A stretch of DNA of 32,657 nt from Actinomycetota bacterium. Its GTDB lineage: Bacteria; Actinomycetota; Acidimicrobiia; IMCC26256; PALSA-555. Under the pieces are notes generated by a model. The model made no database searches and had not been told where the DNA came from. It was given only the letters and a program-made list of their open reading frames with translations. Location of the stretch: positions 3,790 to 36,446 of the forward strand of contig DAIPLE010000001.1 of NCBI GenBank assembly GCA_036769425.1, in the 5' to 3' direction. Below are positions 16,902 to 26,708 of this stretch, one piece after another. Both the position numbers and the translations under genes were made by a program. Every line of letters begins with the position of its first letter. Position 1 is the stretch's first letter.

Positions 16902-17837
16902 CTACTCCTTCACCCGCAACGAGAGGCCTCGCTCGTCGAGCTTCTGCAGCACTTCCTCGAGCGACTTCGACCCGAAGTTGGTGATCGCCAGAAGATCATC
17001 TTCGGTCTTCTGCGCGAGCTGACCAATGGTGTCGACCCGGGCCCGCTTCAGGCAGTTGCGGGGACGTTCGGAGAGGTCAAGCTCCTCGATCGGGAGCTCG
17101 AGGTCGGGGGACGCCGCCGTGGCCGGCGACACCTCTCCGAGCTCGAGACCCTGAGGCGTGTCCGACAGATCAGCGACGAGGCCGACCAGGCTCCGCAGCG
17201 TGTCACCCGCGGATGCCAGCGCCTCCCGGGGGGTGATCGACCCGTCGGTCTCGATCTCAATGGTCAGTTTGTCGTAGTTGGTGGCTTGCTCGACCCGGGT
17301 CGGCTCGATGAAGAACGCGACGCGGCGCACGGGGGAGAAGATCGCGTCGACCGGGATCACACCGATGGTGGAGGTCCGCTTGTTGCGTTCGGCGGACAGA
17401 TACCCACGCCCTTGCTCGACGGTGAGATCGATGGCGAGGCGACCCTTGGCGTTGACCGTCGCGACATGCAGCTCCGAGTTGAGGACCTCCACGTCGGAGG
17501 TGGTCTGGAGGTCACCAGCGGTGACGTCCCCCGGACCGCGCTTGTCCAGCCGGAGGGTCACCGGATCGGCACTCGTGCAACGAAGCACGAGGTCCTTGAT
17601 GTTGAGGATCAGGTCGGTGACATCCTCTTTGACGCCGGGAATCGTGTCGAATTCGTGGAGCGCCTCGTCGAAGCGCACCTGGGTTACGGCAGCACCCGGG
17701 ATCGACGAAAGCAGCGTGCGACGCAGGCTGTTGCCGAGGGTGTGACCGAACCCCGGTTCGAGCGGCGCGATGATGAACGACTGCGTGTTGCCGTCGGGTT
17801 CGCCGGCCTCGACTTCGGGTCGTTGGATGATGAGCAT
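16902..17837 (-). CDS. rpoA: DNA-directed RNA polymerase subunit alpha
   Basis: Track ORF 16902..18005 trimmed to ATG 17837, giving [10 protein letters not shown]...[27 protein letters not shown]...; C-terminal domain [22 protein letters not shown] (311 aa). Confidence 0.95.
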   Translation of the reverse strand: MLIIQRPEVEAGEPDGNTQSFIIAPLEPGFGHTLGNSLRRTLLSSIPGAAVTQVRFDEALHEFDTIPGVKEDVTDLILNIKDLVLRCTSADPVTLRLDKRGPGDVTAGDLQTTSDVEVLNSELHVATVNAKGRLAIDLTVEQGRGYLSAERNKRTSTIGVIPVDAIFSPVRRVAFFIEPTRVEQATNYDKLTIEIETDGSITPREALASAGDTLRSLVGLVADLSDTPQGLELGEVSPATAASPDLELPIEELDLSERPRNCLKRARVDTIGQLAQKTEDDLLAITNFGSKSLEEVLQKLDERGLSLRVKE

Positions 17838-17864
17838 GTGCGGTCTTCTTCCGAAACGCGGATA

Positions 17865-17881
17865 GGCCCGCGGCGCGGGCC
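17865..17881 (-). promoter_or_regulatory. all-GC 7 bp hairpin with triloop (GGCCCGC-GCC-GCGGGCC) in the 53 nt rpsD-rpoA spacer, followed by ...CGCGUUUCGG
   Basis: Read directly from the sequence. Possible attenuator or processing site between the ribosomal-protein genes and rpoA. Confidence 0.3.
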
Positions 17882-17890
17882 CTGGGGGGC

Positions 17891-18514
17891 TTACTTGGAG
17901 TAGAGCTCGACGATGAGCTGTTCGCGCACCGGCACGTCGATCTGTTCGCGGAGCGGTACATCTCGGACCGTGGCTTCGAGCCGGTCCGGACTCACGTCGA
18001 GCCACGCGGGCACGGCCCGGTCGATCGTGTCGATGTTGTGGCGGATGATGATGTTGTCCTTGACCTTGGGCCCGATGGTGATCACGTCGCCGGGCCGAAC
18101 TCGGTACGAGGGGATCGTGACGCGCTTGCCGTTCACGAGCACGTGTCCGTGCCGGACGAACTGGCGGGCCTGGTTGCGGCTCGCCGCGAAGTTCGTGCGG
18201 AAGACGACGTTGTCGATTCGTTGCTCGAGCATCCGCAGCAGGGTCTCGCCGGTGATGCCAGGCTCACGCGACGCCTGTTGGTAGAGGTTCCGGAACTGGC
18301 GTTCGAGGAGCCCGTAGATTCGCCGGGCTTTCTGCTTCTCGCGCAGCTGGAGCAGGTACTCGCTCTCGCGGATGCGACCGCGGCCGTGCTCCCCCGGCGG
18401 GTAGGGCTTGCGCTCGACGGGGCATTTCATGGTGTCGCACTTGGCCCCCTTGAGGAACAGCTTCATGCGCTCACGCCGGCAGAGCTTGCAGACAGCCTCG
18501 GTGTAACGGGCCAT
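17891..18514 (-). CDS. rpsD: 30S ribosomal protein S4 (four-Cys Zn-finger form)
   Basis: 207 aa starting MARYTEAVCKLCRRERMKLFLKGAKCDTMKCPVERKPYPPGEHG, similar to Thermus-type S4. Confidence 0.96.
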   Translation of the reverse strand: MARYTEAVCKLCRRERMKLFLKGAKCDTMKCPVERKPYPPGEHGRGRIRESEYLLQLREKQKARRIYGLLERQFRNLYQQASREPGITGETLLRMLEQRIDNVVFRTNFAASRNQARQFVRHGHVLVNGKRVTIPSYRVRPGDVITIGPKVKDNIIIRHNIDTIDRAVPAWLDVSPDRLEATVRDVPLREQIDVPVREQLIVELYSK

Positions 18515-18517
18515 CGC

Positions 18518-18916
18518 TCAAACCCTCCGACGTTTCGGTGGCCGACAGCCGTTGTGGGGAATGGGTGTCACGTCCTTGATGCCGACCACCTCGATGCCAG
18601 TGTTCTGGATAGTCCGAATGGCAGTCTCACGGCCTGACCCGGGGCCCTTGACCAGCACGTCGACCTTGCGGACCCCGTGCTCCATCGCGCGCCGGGCGAC
18701 GGTCTCTGCCGCCAGCTGCGCCGCGAACGGCGTGCTCTTGCGCGAGCCCTTGAAGCCGACGTTGCCTGACGAAGCCCACGCGATGGCGTTGCCTTGCTGG
18801 TCCGTGATCGTGATGATGGTGTTGTTGAACGACGATTTGATGTGTGCGACGCCGTACGCGACGTTCTTGCGTTCGCGTCGCTTCGGGCGTCGGCCACCTG
18901 CCGCCGGCTTTGCCAT
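18518..18916 (-). CDS. rpsK: 30S ribosomal protein S11
   Basis: 132 aa with [20 protein letters not shown]...[17 protein letters not shown]...[20 protein letters not shown]. Confidence 0.97.
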   Translation of the reverse strand: MAKPAAGGRRPKRRERKNVAYGVAHIKSSFNNTIITITDQQGNAIAWASSGNVGFKGSRKSTPFAAQLAAETVARRAMEHGVRKVDVLVKGPGSGRETAIRTIQNTGIEVVGIKDVTPIPHNGCRPPKRRRV

Positions 18917-19293
18917 TACTTCCTCGCCTTCTTCTTGCCGGCGACGGTCTTCTTGGGTCCTTTGCGGGTCCGGGCGTTGGTCCGGGTCCGCTGGCCGTGC
19001 ACGGGGAGGCCCCGTCGGTGCCGAAGCCCCTCGTAGCTGCCGATCTCGACTTTGCGTTTGATGTTCGCCGCGACCTCGCGGCGCAAGTCGCCTTCAACCT
19101 TGACGTTCCCATCGATGAACGACCGGAGCTTGGCGACCTCATCGTCGGTCAGGTCCCGGACTCGGGTGTCGCGCGACAAGCCGGTCTGCTGGCAGACCAG
19201 GTGCGCGGTGGGCCGACCGATGCCGAAGATGTAGGTGAGCGAGATCTCGAGTCGCTTCTCGCGGGGGATGTCAACGCCTGAAATTCTTGCCAT
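18916..19293 (-). CDS. rpsM: 30S ribosomal protein S13
   Basis: 125 aa starting [27 protein letters not shown]...[26 protein letters not shown]. Confidence 0.97.
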   Translation of the reverse strand: MARISGVDIPREKRLEISLTYIFGIGRPTAHLVCQQTGLSRDTRVRDLTDDEVAKLRSFIDGNVKVEGDLRREVAANIKRKVEIGSYEGLRHRRGLPVHGQRTRTNARTRKGPKKTVAGKKKARK

Positions 19294-19308
19294 GCCGTTG
19301 TGTCCCCG

Positions 19309-19422
19309 TCAGCCTTGCCGCTGCTTGTGCCGCGGGTTCTCGCAGATGACGCGCACGACTCCGTGTCGGCGGATCACCTTGCATTTTTCGCACATCTTCT
19401 TCACGGAAGGTCGGACCTTCAT
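19309..19422 (-). CDS. rpmJ: 50S ribosomal protein L36 (Zn-binding C+ form)
   Basis: Too short for the ORF track. My translation is [37 protein letters not shown] (37 aa), found between infA and rpsM. Confidence 0.95.
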   Translation of the reverse strand: MKVRPSVKKMCEKCKVIRRHGVVRVICENPRHKQRQG

Positions 19423-19434
19423 CCTTCGCCTCGA

Positions 19435-19671
19435 CTACTTGTATCGGTAGGTGATTCGACCGCGGGTCAGGTCGTACGGTGTGAGCTCGACCTGCACCCG
19501 GTCCCCCGGCAGGATTCGGATGTAGTGCATCCGCATCTTCCCGGAGATGTGGGCGAGGACCTTGTGCCCGTTCTCGATCTCGACCCGGAACATGGCGTTC
19601 GGGAGCGGTTCGACCACCGTTCCCTCGACCAGGATCGTGTCATCCTTGGGCTTGGCCAGGACCTCCACCAC
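19435..19671 (-). CDS. infA: translation initiation factor IF-1
   Basis: Contains [64 protein letters not shown]. The annotated start is GTG 19671; the position homologous to the usual Met is a CTG three codons downstream. Confidence 0.93.
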   Translation of the reverse strand: MVEVLAKPKDDTILVEGTVVEPLPNAMFRVEIENGHKVLAHISGKMRMHYIRILPGDRVQVELTPYDLTRGRITYRYK

Positions 19672-19703
19672 CTCGTGCTGCCCGGGCTGGGCATGAGTTT
19701 GGG

Positions 19704-19730
19704 CGCGCGAATAACCCGGAAACTCGCGCG
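19704..19730 (-). promoter_or_regulatory. 7 bp hairpin (CGCGCGA-N13-TCGCGCG) in the infA upstream region
   Basis: Perfect inverted repeat read directly from the sequence, ~35 nt upstream of the infA start. Confidence 0.3.
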
Positions 19731-19763
19731 GAGCCTGTCCAGGCTACCGGATCGTCGACGCCG

Positions 19764-19800
19764 CTGAGAAATCGCCGTCCCCGGGCCTCCCGGGCCGGAC
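19764..19800 (-). terminator. terminator-like GC hairpin (CCCGGG-AGG-CCCGGG core within GTCC..GGAC) followed by GGCGAUUUCUC, just downstream of map
   Basis: Read by eye. The U-tract is short and interrupted, so at best this is a weak or partial terminator. Confidence 0.3.
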
Positions 19801-19820
19801 CGTCGCGGGTCTGGGGGCGC

Positions 19821-20573
19821 TCACCAGGGGAGGATCTCCACGTCGGGGCCGTGCTCGGTGACCGCGATGGTGTGCTCGAAGTGGGCCGAGCGCCGCCCGT
19901 CGCGGGTGACGACCGTCCACCCGTCGTCGAGGACCTCGGTCTCGGGTCCTCCAGCGTTGACCATGGGCTCGATGGCGAGCACCAGGCCCTCCTTGAGCTT
20001 GAGGCCCCGACCGGGCGGCCCGTAGTTGGGGACTTGGGGCTCCTCGTGCATGGCGGTGCCGATGCCGTGGCCGACGTATTCCCGAACGACGCTGAACCCG
20101 GCCTCGACGGCGACGGCCTCGACCGCGGCGCCGACGTCGCCGAGACGGCTGCCCACCACGACCTGGTCGATCGCCGCCTCGAGCGATGCCCGGGTCACCT
20201 CGATGAGCCGTTTGGAGTCGGCGTCGATCTCTCCGATCGGGACCGTGATCGCGGCGTCAGCGTGCCAGCCCTCGATGATGGCGCCACAGTCGATCGAGAG
20301 GATGTCTCCCTCCTCGAGGACCACCGCTTCGGTCGGGATGCCGTGAACGATCACGTGGTTCGGTGACGTGCACACCACGGCGGGGAATCCGTGGTAGCCG
20401 AGGAAATTGGATCGGGCGCCGCGGCGCTCGATCACGTCTCGAGCGACGGCGTCGACGTCGGCGGTGGTGGCCCCGGGTTTCGAGGCCCGGATGCACTCCT
20501 CGTGCATCTCGGCGACGACCTTCCCGGCTCGACGCATGAGCGCGATCTGATCGGCGGTCTTGCGGGTGATCAC
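19821..20573 (-). CDS. map: type I methionine aminopeptidase
   Basis: Track ORF 19821..20852 trimmed to GTG 20573, which overlaps the adk stop (GTGA). It gives (M)ITRKTADQIALMRRAGKVV...FLGYHGFPAVVCTSPNHVIVHGIP...DCGA...GWHADAA...GHGIG..MHE (250 aa). Confidence 0.9.
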   Translation of the reverse strand: MITRKTADQIALMRRAGKVVAEMHEECIRASKPGATTADVDAVARDVIERRGARSNFLGYHGFPAVVCTSPNHVIVHGIPTEAVVLEEGDILSIDCGAIIEGWHADAAITVPIGEIDADSKRLIEVTRASLEAAIDQVVVGSRLGDVGAAVEAVAVEAGFSVVREYVGHGIGTAMHEEPQVPNYGPPGRGLKLKEGLVLAIEPMVNAGGPETEVLDDGWTVVTRDGRRSAHFEHTIAVTEHGPDVEILPW

Positions 20574-21265
20574 AGGGTGCGGGCCGGCGGATCGAAATAG
20601 GAGTCGACGAGCTCCACGAGGCGTTTGAACACCTCGTCGCTCTCGTCGCTGGCGTCGACGTGTGCGAGGATCCCGGCTCGCCGGTAGAACTGGATGACCG
20701 GAAGGGTCTTCATCTCGTAGAGCTCGAGGCGGCGCATGACGGCCTCTTCGGTGTCGTCGTCGCGCTGGTGGACCGATCCGCGGCAGATGTCGCACGTCCA
20801 GTTCTGCTCCGGCGGGCTGTCGACGTGGTAGACGGCGCCGCAGTTGGAGCACACCCGGCGGCCCGCGATGCGGCGCAGGACGATCTCGGTCGGGACGTCG
20901 AAGTCGATCGCGAGGTCGAGGGGATGATCGTCGAGGATGCGGTCCAGCTCTTCGGCTTGCGGACGGGTGCGGGGGAACCCGTCGAGGACGAAGCCGTGCG
21001 CCGCTCGGTCGTCAGCGTGGAGCTGTTCTTCGACCACGCCGACGACGGTGTCATCGGGGACGAGGAATCCCCGATCCATGTACCCCTTGGCCTCGAGGCC
21101 GAGCTCAGTCCCGGCGGCCGCGGCGTCGCGGAACAGGTCACCGGTGGAGAGGTGGTGGACGCCGTAGTGCTCGGCGAGGCGCACCGCCTGCGTCCCCTTG
21201 CCAGCACCCTGCTTTCCGAGCAACACCAGCCGGGGGCCGCGCGCCGTCACTCCGAGCTCAGGCAA
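20570..21265 (-). CDS. adk: adenylate kinase (Zn-lid form)
   Basis: P-loop LLGKQGAGKGTQA, LSTGDLFR, and lid CSNCGAVYH...CDICRG. TTG start at 21265 is preceded by GAAGG at a suitable distance; an alternative GTG lies at 21250. Confidence 0.9.
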   Translation of the reverse strand: MPELGVTARGPRLVLLGKQGAGKGTQAVRLAEHYGVHHLSTGDLFRDAAAAGTELGLEAKGYMDRGFLVPDDTVVGVVEEQLHADDRAAHGFVLDGFPRTRPQAEELDRILDDHPLDLAIDFDVPTEIVLRRIAGRRVCSNCGAVYHVDSPPEQNWTCDICRGSVHQRDDDTEEAVMRRLELYEMKTLPVIQFYRRAGILAHVDASDESDEVFKRLVELVDSYFDPPARTL

Positions 21266-22571
21266 GGAAGCCTTCGTAGTTGCGCATCATCAGCTGGCTG
21301 TCGATCTGCTTCATCGTTTCGAGGGCGACGCCCACGGTGATGAGCAGAGCGGTCCCACCGAATGGGAACTGGCTGATGTTCCAGAGGGCGAAGACCAACA
21401 GCGGCGCGATCGCGATCACGGCCAGGAACAGCGATCCCGGGAGCGTGATCCGGTTCAGGACCTTCGCGAGATAGCGCTCGGTTGGCGGCCCCGGTCGGAT
21501 ACCGGGGATGAAGCCCCCCTGCTTGCGGATGATGTCGGCTTGTTGTTGTGGGTTGAACGCGATCGCGGTGTAGAAGTACGCGAAGAAGATGATCAGCATC
21601 GTGTAGAAGCCGATGTAGAACCAGCTCTGGCGGGCCACCAGGTTGTCGTTGATCCACTTCTGGACCCCACCCGCGCTGGTTCCGAGCGCTGACGCGATCA
21701 ACGCGGGGAACGACAAGATCGAGCTGGCGAAGATCACGGGGATCACACCGGACTGGTTGACCTTGAGCGGGATGTAGGTGCTCTGGCCGCCGTACATGCG
21801 GCGGCCGACCACCCGTTTCGCGAATTGGACTGGTATTCGGCGCTGCCCCGATTCGACGAAGACGATCCCGACGATCATCGCCAGACCGATGCCGAGAATG
21901 GTGAAGAACTGGAACTTGCTGCCCTGGCTGTAAATGGCGCCCCCCTGGGCAGGGAGCCGCGACACGACCGACGCGAAGATCAGGATCGACATCCCGTTCC
22001 CGATTCCTCGCTGGGTGATGAGCTCACCGAGCCACATGACCAGCGCCGTGCCCGCGGTCCACGTGAGGACGATGAGCGCCGCTCGGGGGGTGTCGAAGTG
22101 GGGGATGAAGTCGACGCCCTTCGGGAGGCTGGCGCTGAGACCGAAGAGGCCGCCGCTGCCGGCGTGGAGGGCGAACACGAACCCGGTCGACTGGACCAAC
22201 GCCAGCGCAATGGTGAGATACCGGGTCCACTGGGTGATCTTCTTCTGGCCCGTCTGGCCTTCCTGTTGCCACTGCTCGAGCTTCGGGATGACGACACCGA
22301 GCAGTTGCATGATGATCGATGCCGTGATGTACGGCATGATCCCGAGGAAGAAGATGGCGACGTTCGTGATCGCCCCGCCCGAGAAGAGGTCGAGGAACCC
22401 GACGACCCCGCTGTTGTTCGCCTGGCTCTGAAGCTGCTTGATCGCCTTGAAGTCGACGAACGGCACCGGCAGGTGGGCGCCGACCCGATACACCGCCACA
22501 ATGAGCAGCGTGAAGAGGATCTTGTTCCGGAGGTCGGGGACCCGGAACATGTTCCGAAGCCGGGCGAGCAT
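21258..22571 (-). CDS. secY: preprotein translocase subunit SecY
   Basis: 437 aa polytopic membrane protein with DLRNKILFTL...LGIMPYITASIIMQLL...GELITQRGIGNGMSILIF. AGGAGG lies upstream of the ATG. Confidence 0.96.
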   Translation of the reverse strand: MLARLRNMFRVPDLRNKILFTLLIVAVYRVGAHLPVPFVDFKAIKQLQSQANNSGVVGFLDLFSGGAITNVAIFFLGIMPYITASIIMQLLGVVIPKLEQWQQEGQTGQKKITQWTRYLTIALALVQSTGFVFALHAGSGGLFGLSASLPKGVDFIPHFDTPRAALIVLTWTAGTALVMWLGELITQRGIGNGMSILIFASVVSRLPAQGGAIYSQGSKFQFFTILGIGLAMIVGIVFVESGQRRIPVQFAKRVVGRRMYGGQSTYIPLKVNQSGVIPVIFASSILSFPALIASALGTSAGGVQKWINDNLVARQSWFYIGFYTMLIIFFAYFYTAIAFNPQQQADIIRKQGGFIPGIRPGPPTERYLAKVLNRITLPGSLFLAVIAIAPLLVFALWNISQFPFGGTALLITVGVALETMKQIDSQLMMRNYEGFLA

Positions 22572-22606
22572 GTGCAGGGGCCTCCTGAGCCGGCAGAGCC
22601 GACAGC

Positions 22607-23104
22607 CTACCGATTGGTGAGGGCGTTGCCCCGGGCGGCGGGGCGGCGGTCACCCCACGGTGGTGCGAGCACTTCGACGCTGCCACCAGCCGCCTCGATC
22701 GCCCGGCGGGCGGCGTCAGAGAAGGCATGGGCCTTCACGGTGAGCGAGACCGAGATCTCTCCACGCCCGAGGATCTTGACGAGACCACGCTTGGCGACCA
22801 GACCACGGTCTCGGAGTGTGTCCGGGTCGACGGTCGTCCCCGCGTCGAACCCAGCCAGCTTCTCGAGGTTGACGACGGCGTACTCGACACGAAACGGGTT
22901 CTTGAAGCCTTTCGCCTTCGGCGTGCGCCGGGCGATGGGGGTCTGGCCCCCCTCGAAACCGGGTTTGACCGAGCCGCGCGCGCCCTGGCCCTTCGAGCCC
23001 CGACCCGCGGTCTTGCCGCCTTTGCCCGCGATGCCGCGCCCGACACGACGCGCCGGTCGCTTCGAGCCCGCCGGTGGTTTCAGATCGTGCACTTTGATCG
23101 GCAT
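22607..23104 (-). CDS. rplO: 50S ribosomal protein L15
   Basis: 165 aa with LKPPAGSKRPARRVGRGIAGKGGKTAGRGSKGQGARG...FEGGQTPIARR.PK.KGF. Confidence 0.95.
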   Translation of the reverse strand: MPIKVHDLKPPAGSKRPARRVGRGIAGKGGKTAGRGSKGQGARGSVKPGFEGGQTPIARRTPKAKGFKNPFRVEYAVVNLEKLAGFDAGTTVDPDTLRDRGLVAKRGLVKILGRGEISVSLTVKAHAFSDAARRAIEAAGGSVEVLAPPWGDRRPAARGNALTNR

Positions 23105-23289
23105 CAGGGGACCTCTTCGACGGTGACGAGATGGGGGACGCGGTTAACCATGCCGCGGATCTCTGGTCGGTCAGGGTGTTCGACTGTGTGGTTGATGCGC
23201 CGTAGCCCGAGCGCGCGCAGCGTTCCGCGCTGCTTCGGCTTGGTTCCGATCGCAGAGCGGACCTGGGTGATGCGCAGGGTGGTAGCCAC
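23104..23289 (-). CDS. rpmD: 50S ribosomal protein L30
   Basis: 61 aa with [32 protein letters not shown]. Confidence 0.94.
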   Translation of the reverse strand: MATTLRITQVRSAIGTKPKQRGTLRALGLRRINHTVEHPDRPEIRGMVNRVPHLVTVEEVP

Positions 23290-23291
23290 GG

Positions 23292-23840
23292 CTATTTGAC
23301 CTCGGCGATCTCACGCTTGGGAGCTTGACGCTCGCGATAGGCGCGCAGCATCCCGGCCGAGCTGACTTCCTCCGGCGACTTCCCGCGGAGCTTCGCGACC
23401 TCATCCGGGCGCTTCAACGAGCGCAGCCCCTGGATGGTTGCTCGAGACACGTTGATCGCGTTCGACGACCCGAGCGACTTCGCCAGCACGTCGTGGATGC
23501 CCGCGGCTTCGAGGATGGCGCGAGCCGCACCACCAGCGATGACGCCGGTCCCCGGCGCCGCCGGCTTGAGCAGGACCCGGGCCGCGTCGTGTTCTCCGAG
23601 CACCACATGGGTGATCGTCGAACCAGCGAGCGGGACGCTGAAGAGGTTCTTTTTGCCTTCCTCCATGCCCTTTTGAATCGCGGCGGGGACTTCCTTCGCC
23701 TTGCCGTAGCCCAACCCGACGTGACCCTCCCCGTCGCCGACGACGACGAGCGCGGTGAACGAGAACCGTCGGCCACCCTTCACGACCTTGGCGACCCGGT
23801 TGATCGCGATGACCCGCTCTTCGTACTGCCCTTCGGCCAT
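23292..23840 (-). CDS. rpsE: 30S ribosomal protein S5
   Basis: 182 aa with [51 protein letters not shown]. Confidence 0.96.
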   Translation of the reverse strand: MAEGQYEERVIAINRVAKVVKGGRRFSFTALVVVGDGEGHVGLGYGKAKEVPAAIQKGMEEGKKNLFSVPLAGSTITHVVLGEHDAARVLLKPAAPGTGVIAGGAARAILEAAGIHDVLAKSLGSSNAINVSRATIQGLRSLKRPDEVAKLRGKSPEEVSSAGMLRAYRERQAPKREIAEVK

Positions 23841-23911
23841 TACCGACCTGCTTTCGACACCGGCCGCCTCATCGGCGCTCGGCGTCTGTCCTGATTGCGA
23901 ATATGCACCAC

Positions 23912-24265
23912 TTAGAACTCCAGTCCGGTTTCACGTGCCCCGTCGGCGACCGCGGCGACCCGACCGTGGTAGCGGAAGCCGCCCCGGTCGAACACCACCT
24001 GGGTGATGCCGGCGGCCTTGGCCCGCTGGCCCACCCGCTGGCCGACCGCTTTGGCCGCCTCGACGTTCGCCGTGGCGGAGGAACGGGCGTCGGTCTCCAT
24101 CGTCGAGGCCGCCACGAGGGTGCGGCCCTGTACGTCGTCGATCACCTGCGCGTAGACGTGACGGCTCGACCGGAACACCGCGAGGCGGGGGCGCGTCGAT
24201 GTTCCCCGCACGTGCTTCCGCACGCGCTGGTGCCGGCGGCGGCGGCTCTGAACTTTCTGCAGCAT
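23912..24265 (-). CDS. rplR: 50S ribosomal protein L18
   Basis: 117 aa with [35 protein letters not shown]...[26 protein letters not shown]. Confidence 0.96.
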   Translation of the reverse strand: MLQKVQSRRRRHQRVRKHVRGTSTRPRLAVFRSSRHVYAQVIDDVQGRTLVAASTMETDARSSATANVEAAKAVGQRVGQRAKAAGITQVVFDRGGFRYHGRVAAVADGARETGLEF

Positions 24266-24276
24266 GGCGGTGTTCC

Positions 24277-24816
24277 CTACTTCGCCGACTTGCCGGCCTT
24301 GCGCAGAACGCGCTCACCGGCGTAGCGGATGCCTTTGCCCTTGTAGGGCTCGGGCTTTCGGATCTTGCGGATGTCGGCGGCGACCTGGCCGACGAGCTGC
24401 TTGTCGCATCCACGAACGGTGATGCGAGTGGGTTGGGGCACTTCGAAGGTGATCCCGTCGGGGGCGTCCACCTTGACGGGATGCGAGAACCCGACCTGGA
24501 GCTCGAGGCGGTTCGGCCCCTGAACGGTCGCTCGATAGCCGACGCCGACGATCTCGAGGTCTCGCGTGAAGCCGTCCGACACGCCGACGACCATGTTGTT
24601 GACGAGGGATCGCACCAGCCCGTGCAACGCCCGGTTCTGGCGTTCGTCGTCAGGACGCGTCACAACCAGCTCGTCACCGGAACGGCTGATCGCGATTTGG
24701 GTCGGGGTCTGGCGTTGCAGCTCGCCTTTGGGCCCTTTGACCGCGACGTGTCCAGTGTCGATCGTGACCTCGACCCCGTTCGGGATCGGGATGGGTTCTT
24801 TGCCTACCCGGGACAC
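24277..24816 (-). CDS. rplF: 50S ribosomal protein L6
   Basis: 179 aa starting [19 protein letters not shown]...VKGPKGEL, then GVGYRA and [14 protein letters not shown]. Confidence 0.96.
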   Translation of the reverse strand: MSRVGKEPIPIPNGVEVTIDTGHVAVKGPKGELQRQTPTQIAISRSGDELVVTRPDDERQNRALHGLVRSLVNNMVVGVSDGFTRDLEIVGVGYRATVQGPNRLELQVGFSHPVKVDAPDGITFEVPQPTRITVRGCDKQLVGQVAADIRKIRKPEPYKGKGIRYAGERVLRKAGKSAK

Positions 24817-24834
24817 GGCACCTACCTCTTCCGA

Positions 24835-25239
24835 CTACCAGACATGGCAGAGGATCTCCCCGCCGACCTTGCGCCGACGCGCCTCACGATCGGTCATGAG
24901 CCCGTGGTTCGTGGACAAGATGGCGATTCCCATCCCGCCGAGCACCCGAGGGACATCGGTGGCCTTCGTGTACACGCGCAGTCCGGGCTTGGAGACGCGT
25001 CGCAGGCCCGAGATCGTGCGCTCCCGGTCCGGCGTGTATTTCATGACGATCTTGAGCTTGTCTCCGGGACGGACGGGATCGTCTTCGACCGCGAAATTTT
25101 CGATATAGCCCTCGCTGACAAGGATCTTCGCCAACGCGACCTTGACCTTGGAGGAGGGCATAAGGACCTCGTCGTGGAAGGCGACGTTGGCGTTGCGGAT
25201 TCGGGTGATCATGTCCGCGATGGGATCAGTCATCGTCAT
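24835..25239 (-). CDS. rpsH: 30S ribosomal protein S8
   Basis: Track ORF 24835..25359 trimmed to ATG 25239, giving [21 protein letters not shown]... (134 aa). GAGGGGGG lies 8 nt upstream. Confidence 0.95.
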   Translation of the reverse strand: MTMTDPIADMITRIRNANVAFHDEVLMPSSKVKVALAKILVSEGYIENFAVEDDPVRPGDKLKIVMKYTPDRERTISGLRRVSKPGLRVYTKATDVPRVLGGMGIAILSTNHGLMTDREARRRKVGGEILCHVW

Positions 25240-25252
25240 GCGCTGACCCCCC

Positions 25253-25438
25253 TCACCAGGATGCCTTCGTGATGCCGGGGATCTCCCCGGCGTGAGCCAT
25301 CTCCCGGAAGCAGATCCGACACAGCCCAAACTTTTGGTAGACCGAGCGCGCCCGGCCACAGCGCCGGCAGCGGGTGTACGCGCGCACGGCGAACTTCGGC
25401 TTGCGCTGCTGCTTCTGGATGAGTGCTTTCTTAGCCAA
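25253..25438 (-). CDS. rpsZ: 30S ribosomal protein S14, type Z (Zn-binding, 61 aa)
   Basis: Track ORF 25253..25534 is over-extended. TTG 25438 is preceded by GGGAG 6 nt upstream and gives (M)[60 protein letters not shown]. Confidence 0.93.
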   Translation of the reverse strand: MAKKALIQKQQRKPKFAVRAYTRCRRCGRARSVYQKFGLCRICFREMAHAGEIPGITKASW

Positions 25439-25448
25439 TTGATGCTCC

Positions 25449-26018
25449 CTAGGAAGTCGGGTCGCGGCGGAACGGGAAGCCCAGGGCTCGTAGCAGGGCA
25501 CGCCCCTGGTCGTCCGTGGCCGCCGTCGTGACAATCGTGATGTCCATGCCGCGGGTGGTGTCGATCTGGTCGTAGTCGATCTCTGGGAAGATCAGCTGCT
25601 CGGTGACGCCAAACGTGTAGTTGCCTCGCCCGTCGAACGAGTCGGCGCTCATGCCGCGGAAGTCACGGATGCGGGGAATGGCGAGGCTGACGAGGCGGTC
25701 GTAGAACTCCCACATGCGGTCGCCGCGCAGGGTGACCTTCGCGCCGATCGCGTTGCCGGCTCGCAGCTTGAACCCGGCGATCGATTTCTTCGCCTTCGTG
25801 ACGAGGGGCTTCTGGCCGGTGATGATGGTGAGATCGGCGACCGCGCCGTCGAGGAGCGAGGCCTGCTGGGTCGCTTGACCCACCCCGCAGTTGAGGACGA
25901 TCTTGTCGAGGCGGGGCACTTCCATGACGTTGCGCAGACCGAGCTCCTGTTGGAGCTTGGGCCGCAGCTCGTCGTCGTACCGGGCCTTGAGGCGGGGCTT
26001 GTCGCGTATGGGCGCCAT
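25449..26018 (-). CDS. rplE: 50S ribosomal protein L5
   Basis: Track ORF 25449..26045 trimmed to ATG 26018 (ATGA overlap with the rplX stop). It gives [43 protein letters not shown]... (189 aa). Confidence 0.93.
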   Translation of the reverse strand: MAPIRDKPRLKARYDDELRPKLQQELGLRNVMEVPRLDKIVLNCGVGQATQQASLLDGAVADLTIITGQKPLVTKAKKSIAGFKLRAGNAIGAKVTLRGDRMWEFYDRLVSLAIPRIRDFRGMSADSFDGRGNYTFGVTEQLIFPEIDYDQIDTTRGMDITIVTTAATDDQGRALLRALGFPFRRDPTS

Positions 26019-26338
26019 CAGAGGCTCTTCCCGCATTTCTTGCACACCCGCGTCTTGACCCTGTCGTCGAACTGGTACCCGATTCGACTCGGACCGCAGC
26101 TCGGGCAGAGGATCGCCACGTTCGACGCCGGTACCGGCATGTCCTTGTCGATGATGCCGCCCTGCATGGTGGCGTTGGTGGAGCGCTGGTGCTTCTTGGC
26201 GATGTTGACGCCGTCGACGATCACCATGTTGCGCTCGGGCAGCACTCGGGTGATCTCGCCTTCCTTGCCGAGGTCTTTTCCGGAGAGGACCCGTACGCGG
26301 TCGCCCTTGCGGAGCCGCATCCGGGCGCGAAGAGCCAT
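26018..26338 (-). CDS. rplX: 50S ribosomal protein L24 (with C-terminal CxxC...CxxC ribbon)
   Basis: Track ORF 26018..26680 trimmed to ATG 26338, giving [32 protein letters not shown]...[29 protein letters not shown] (106 aa). This resembles Thermus-type L24. Confidence 0.93.
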   Translation of the reverse strand: MALRARMRLRKGDRVRVLSGKDLGKEGEITRVLPERNMVIVDGVNIAKKHQRSTNATMQGGIIDKDMPVPASNVAILCPSCGPSRIGYQFDDRVKTRVCKKCGKSL

Positions 26339-26339
26339 G

Positions 26340-26708
26340 TCAGAGCACCTCCGGGGCCAGTGAGACGATGCGCATGAACCGGCGCTCGCGAAGCTCCCGG
26401 CCGACCGGGCCGAAGATTCGGGTACCGCGCGGCTGCATCTGCTCGTTGATGAGGACGGCCGCGTTCTCGTCGAAGCGGATATAGCTGCCGTCGGGGCGTC
26501 GGCGTTCCTTCTTGGTGCGAACGACGACACACTTGACGACCTCACCCTTCTTGACCGCAGCACCCGGGACGGCGTCCTTGACGGTCGCGACGAAGATGTC
26601 GCCGATCCCCGCGTAGCGACGCCTGGTTCCACCGAGAACCTTGATGCACAGGACCTCGCGCGCACCCGAGTTGTCGGCAACCTTGAGACGGGATTCCTGT
26701 TGGATCAC
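26340..26708 (-). CDS. rplN: 50S ribosomal protein L14
   Basis: 122 aa starting [30 protein letters not shown] start overlaps the rpsQ stop. Confidence 0.97.
   Translation of the reverse strand: MIQQESRLKVADNSGAREVLCIKVLGGTRRRYAGIGDIFVATVKDAVPGAAVKKGEVVKCVVVRTKKERRRPDGSYIRFDENAAVLINEQMQPRGTRIFGPVGRELRERRFMRIVSLAPEVL

Noticed and set aside
19672-19820. Candidate infA promoter (TGGACA about 17-22 nt upstream of GTTATT/TTATTC) in the map-infA gap.
   Set aside because: The spacing and the -10 hexamer are poor matches, and I cannot distinguish them from chance in this composition. A promoter probably exists here, but I cannot place it from sequence alone.
23840-23872. 10-codon mini-ORF ([10 protein letters not shown]) in the 71 nt rplR-rpsE spacer. 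Its TAA overlaps the rpsE ATG (TAATG).
   Set aside because: It is too short, has no SD and has no basis for assessing conservation. It is most likely a chance ORF in a slightly longer than usual intercistronic gap.
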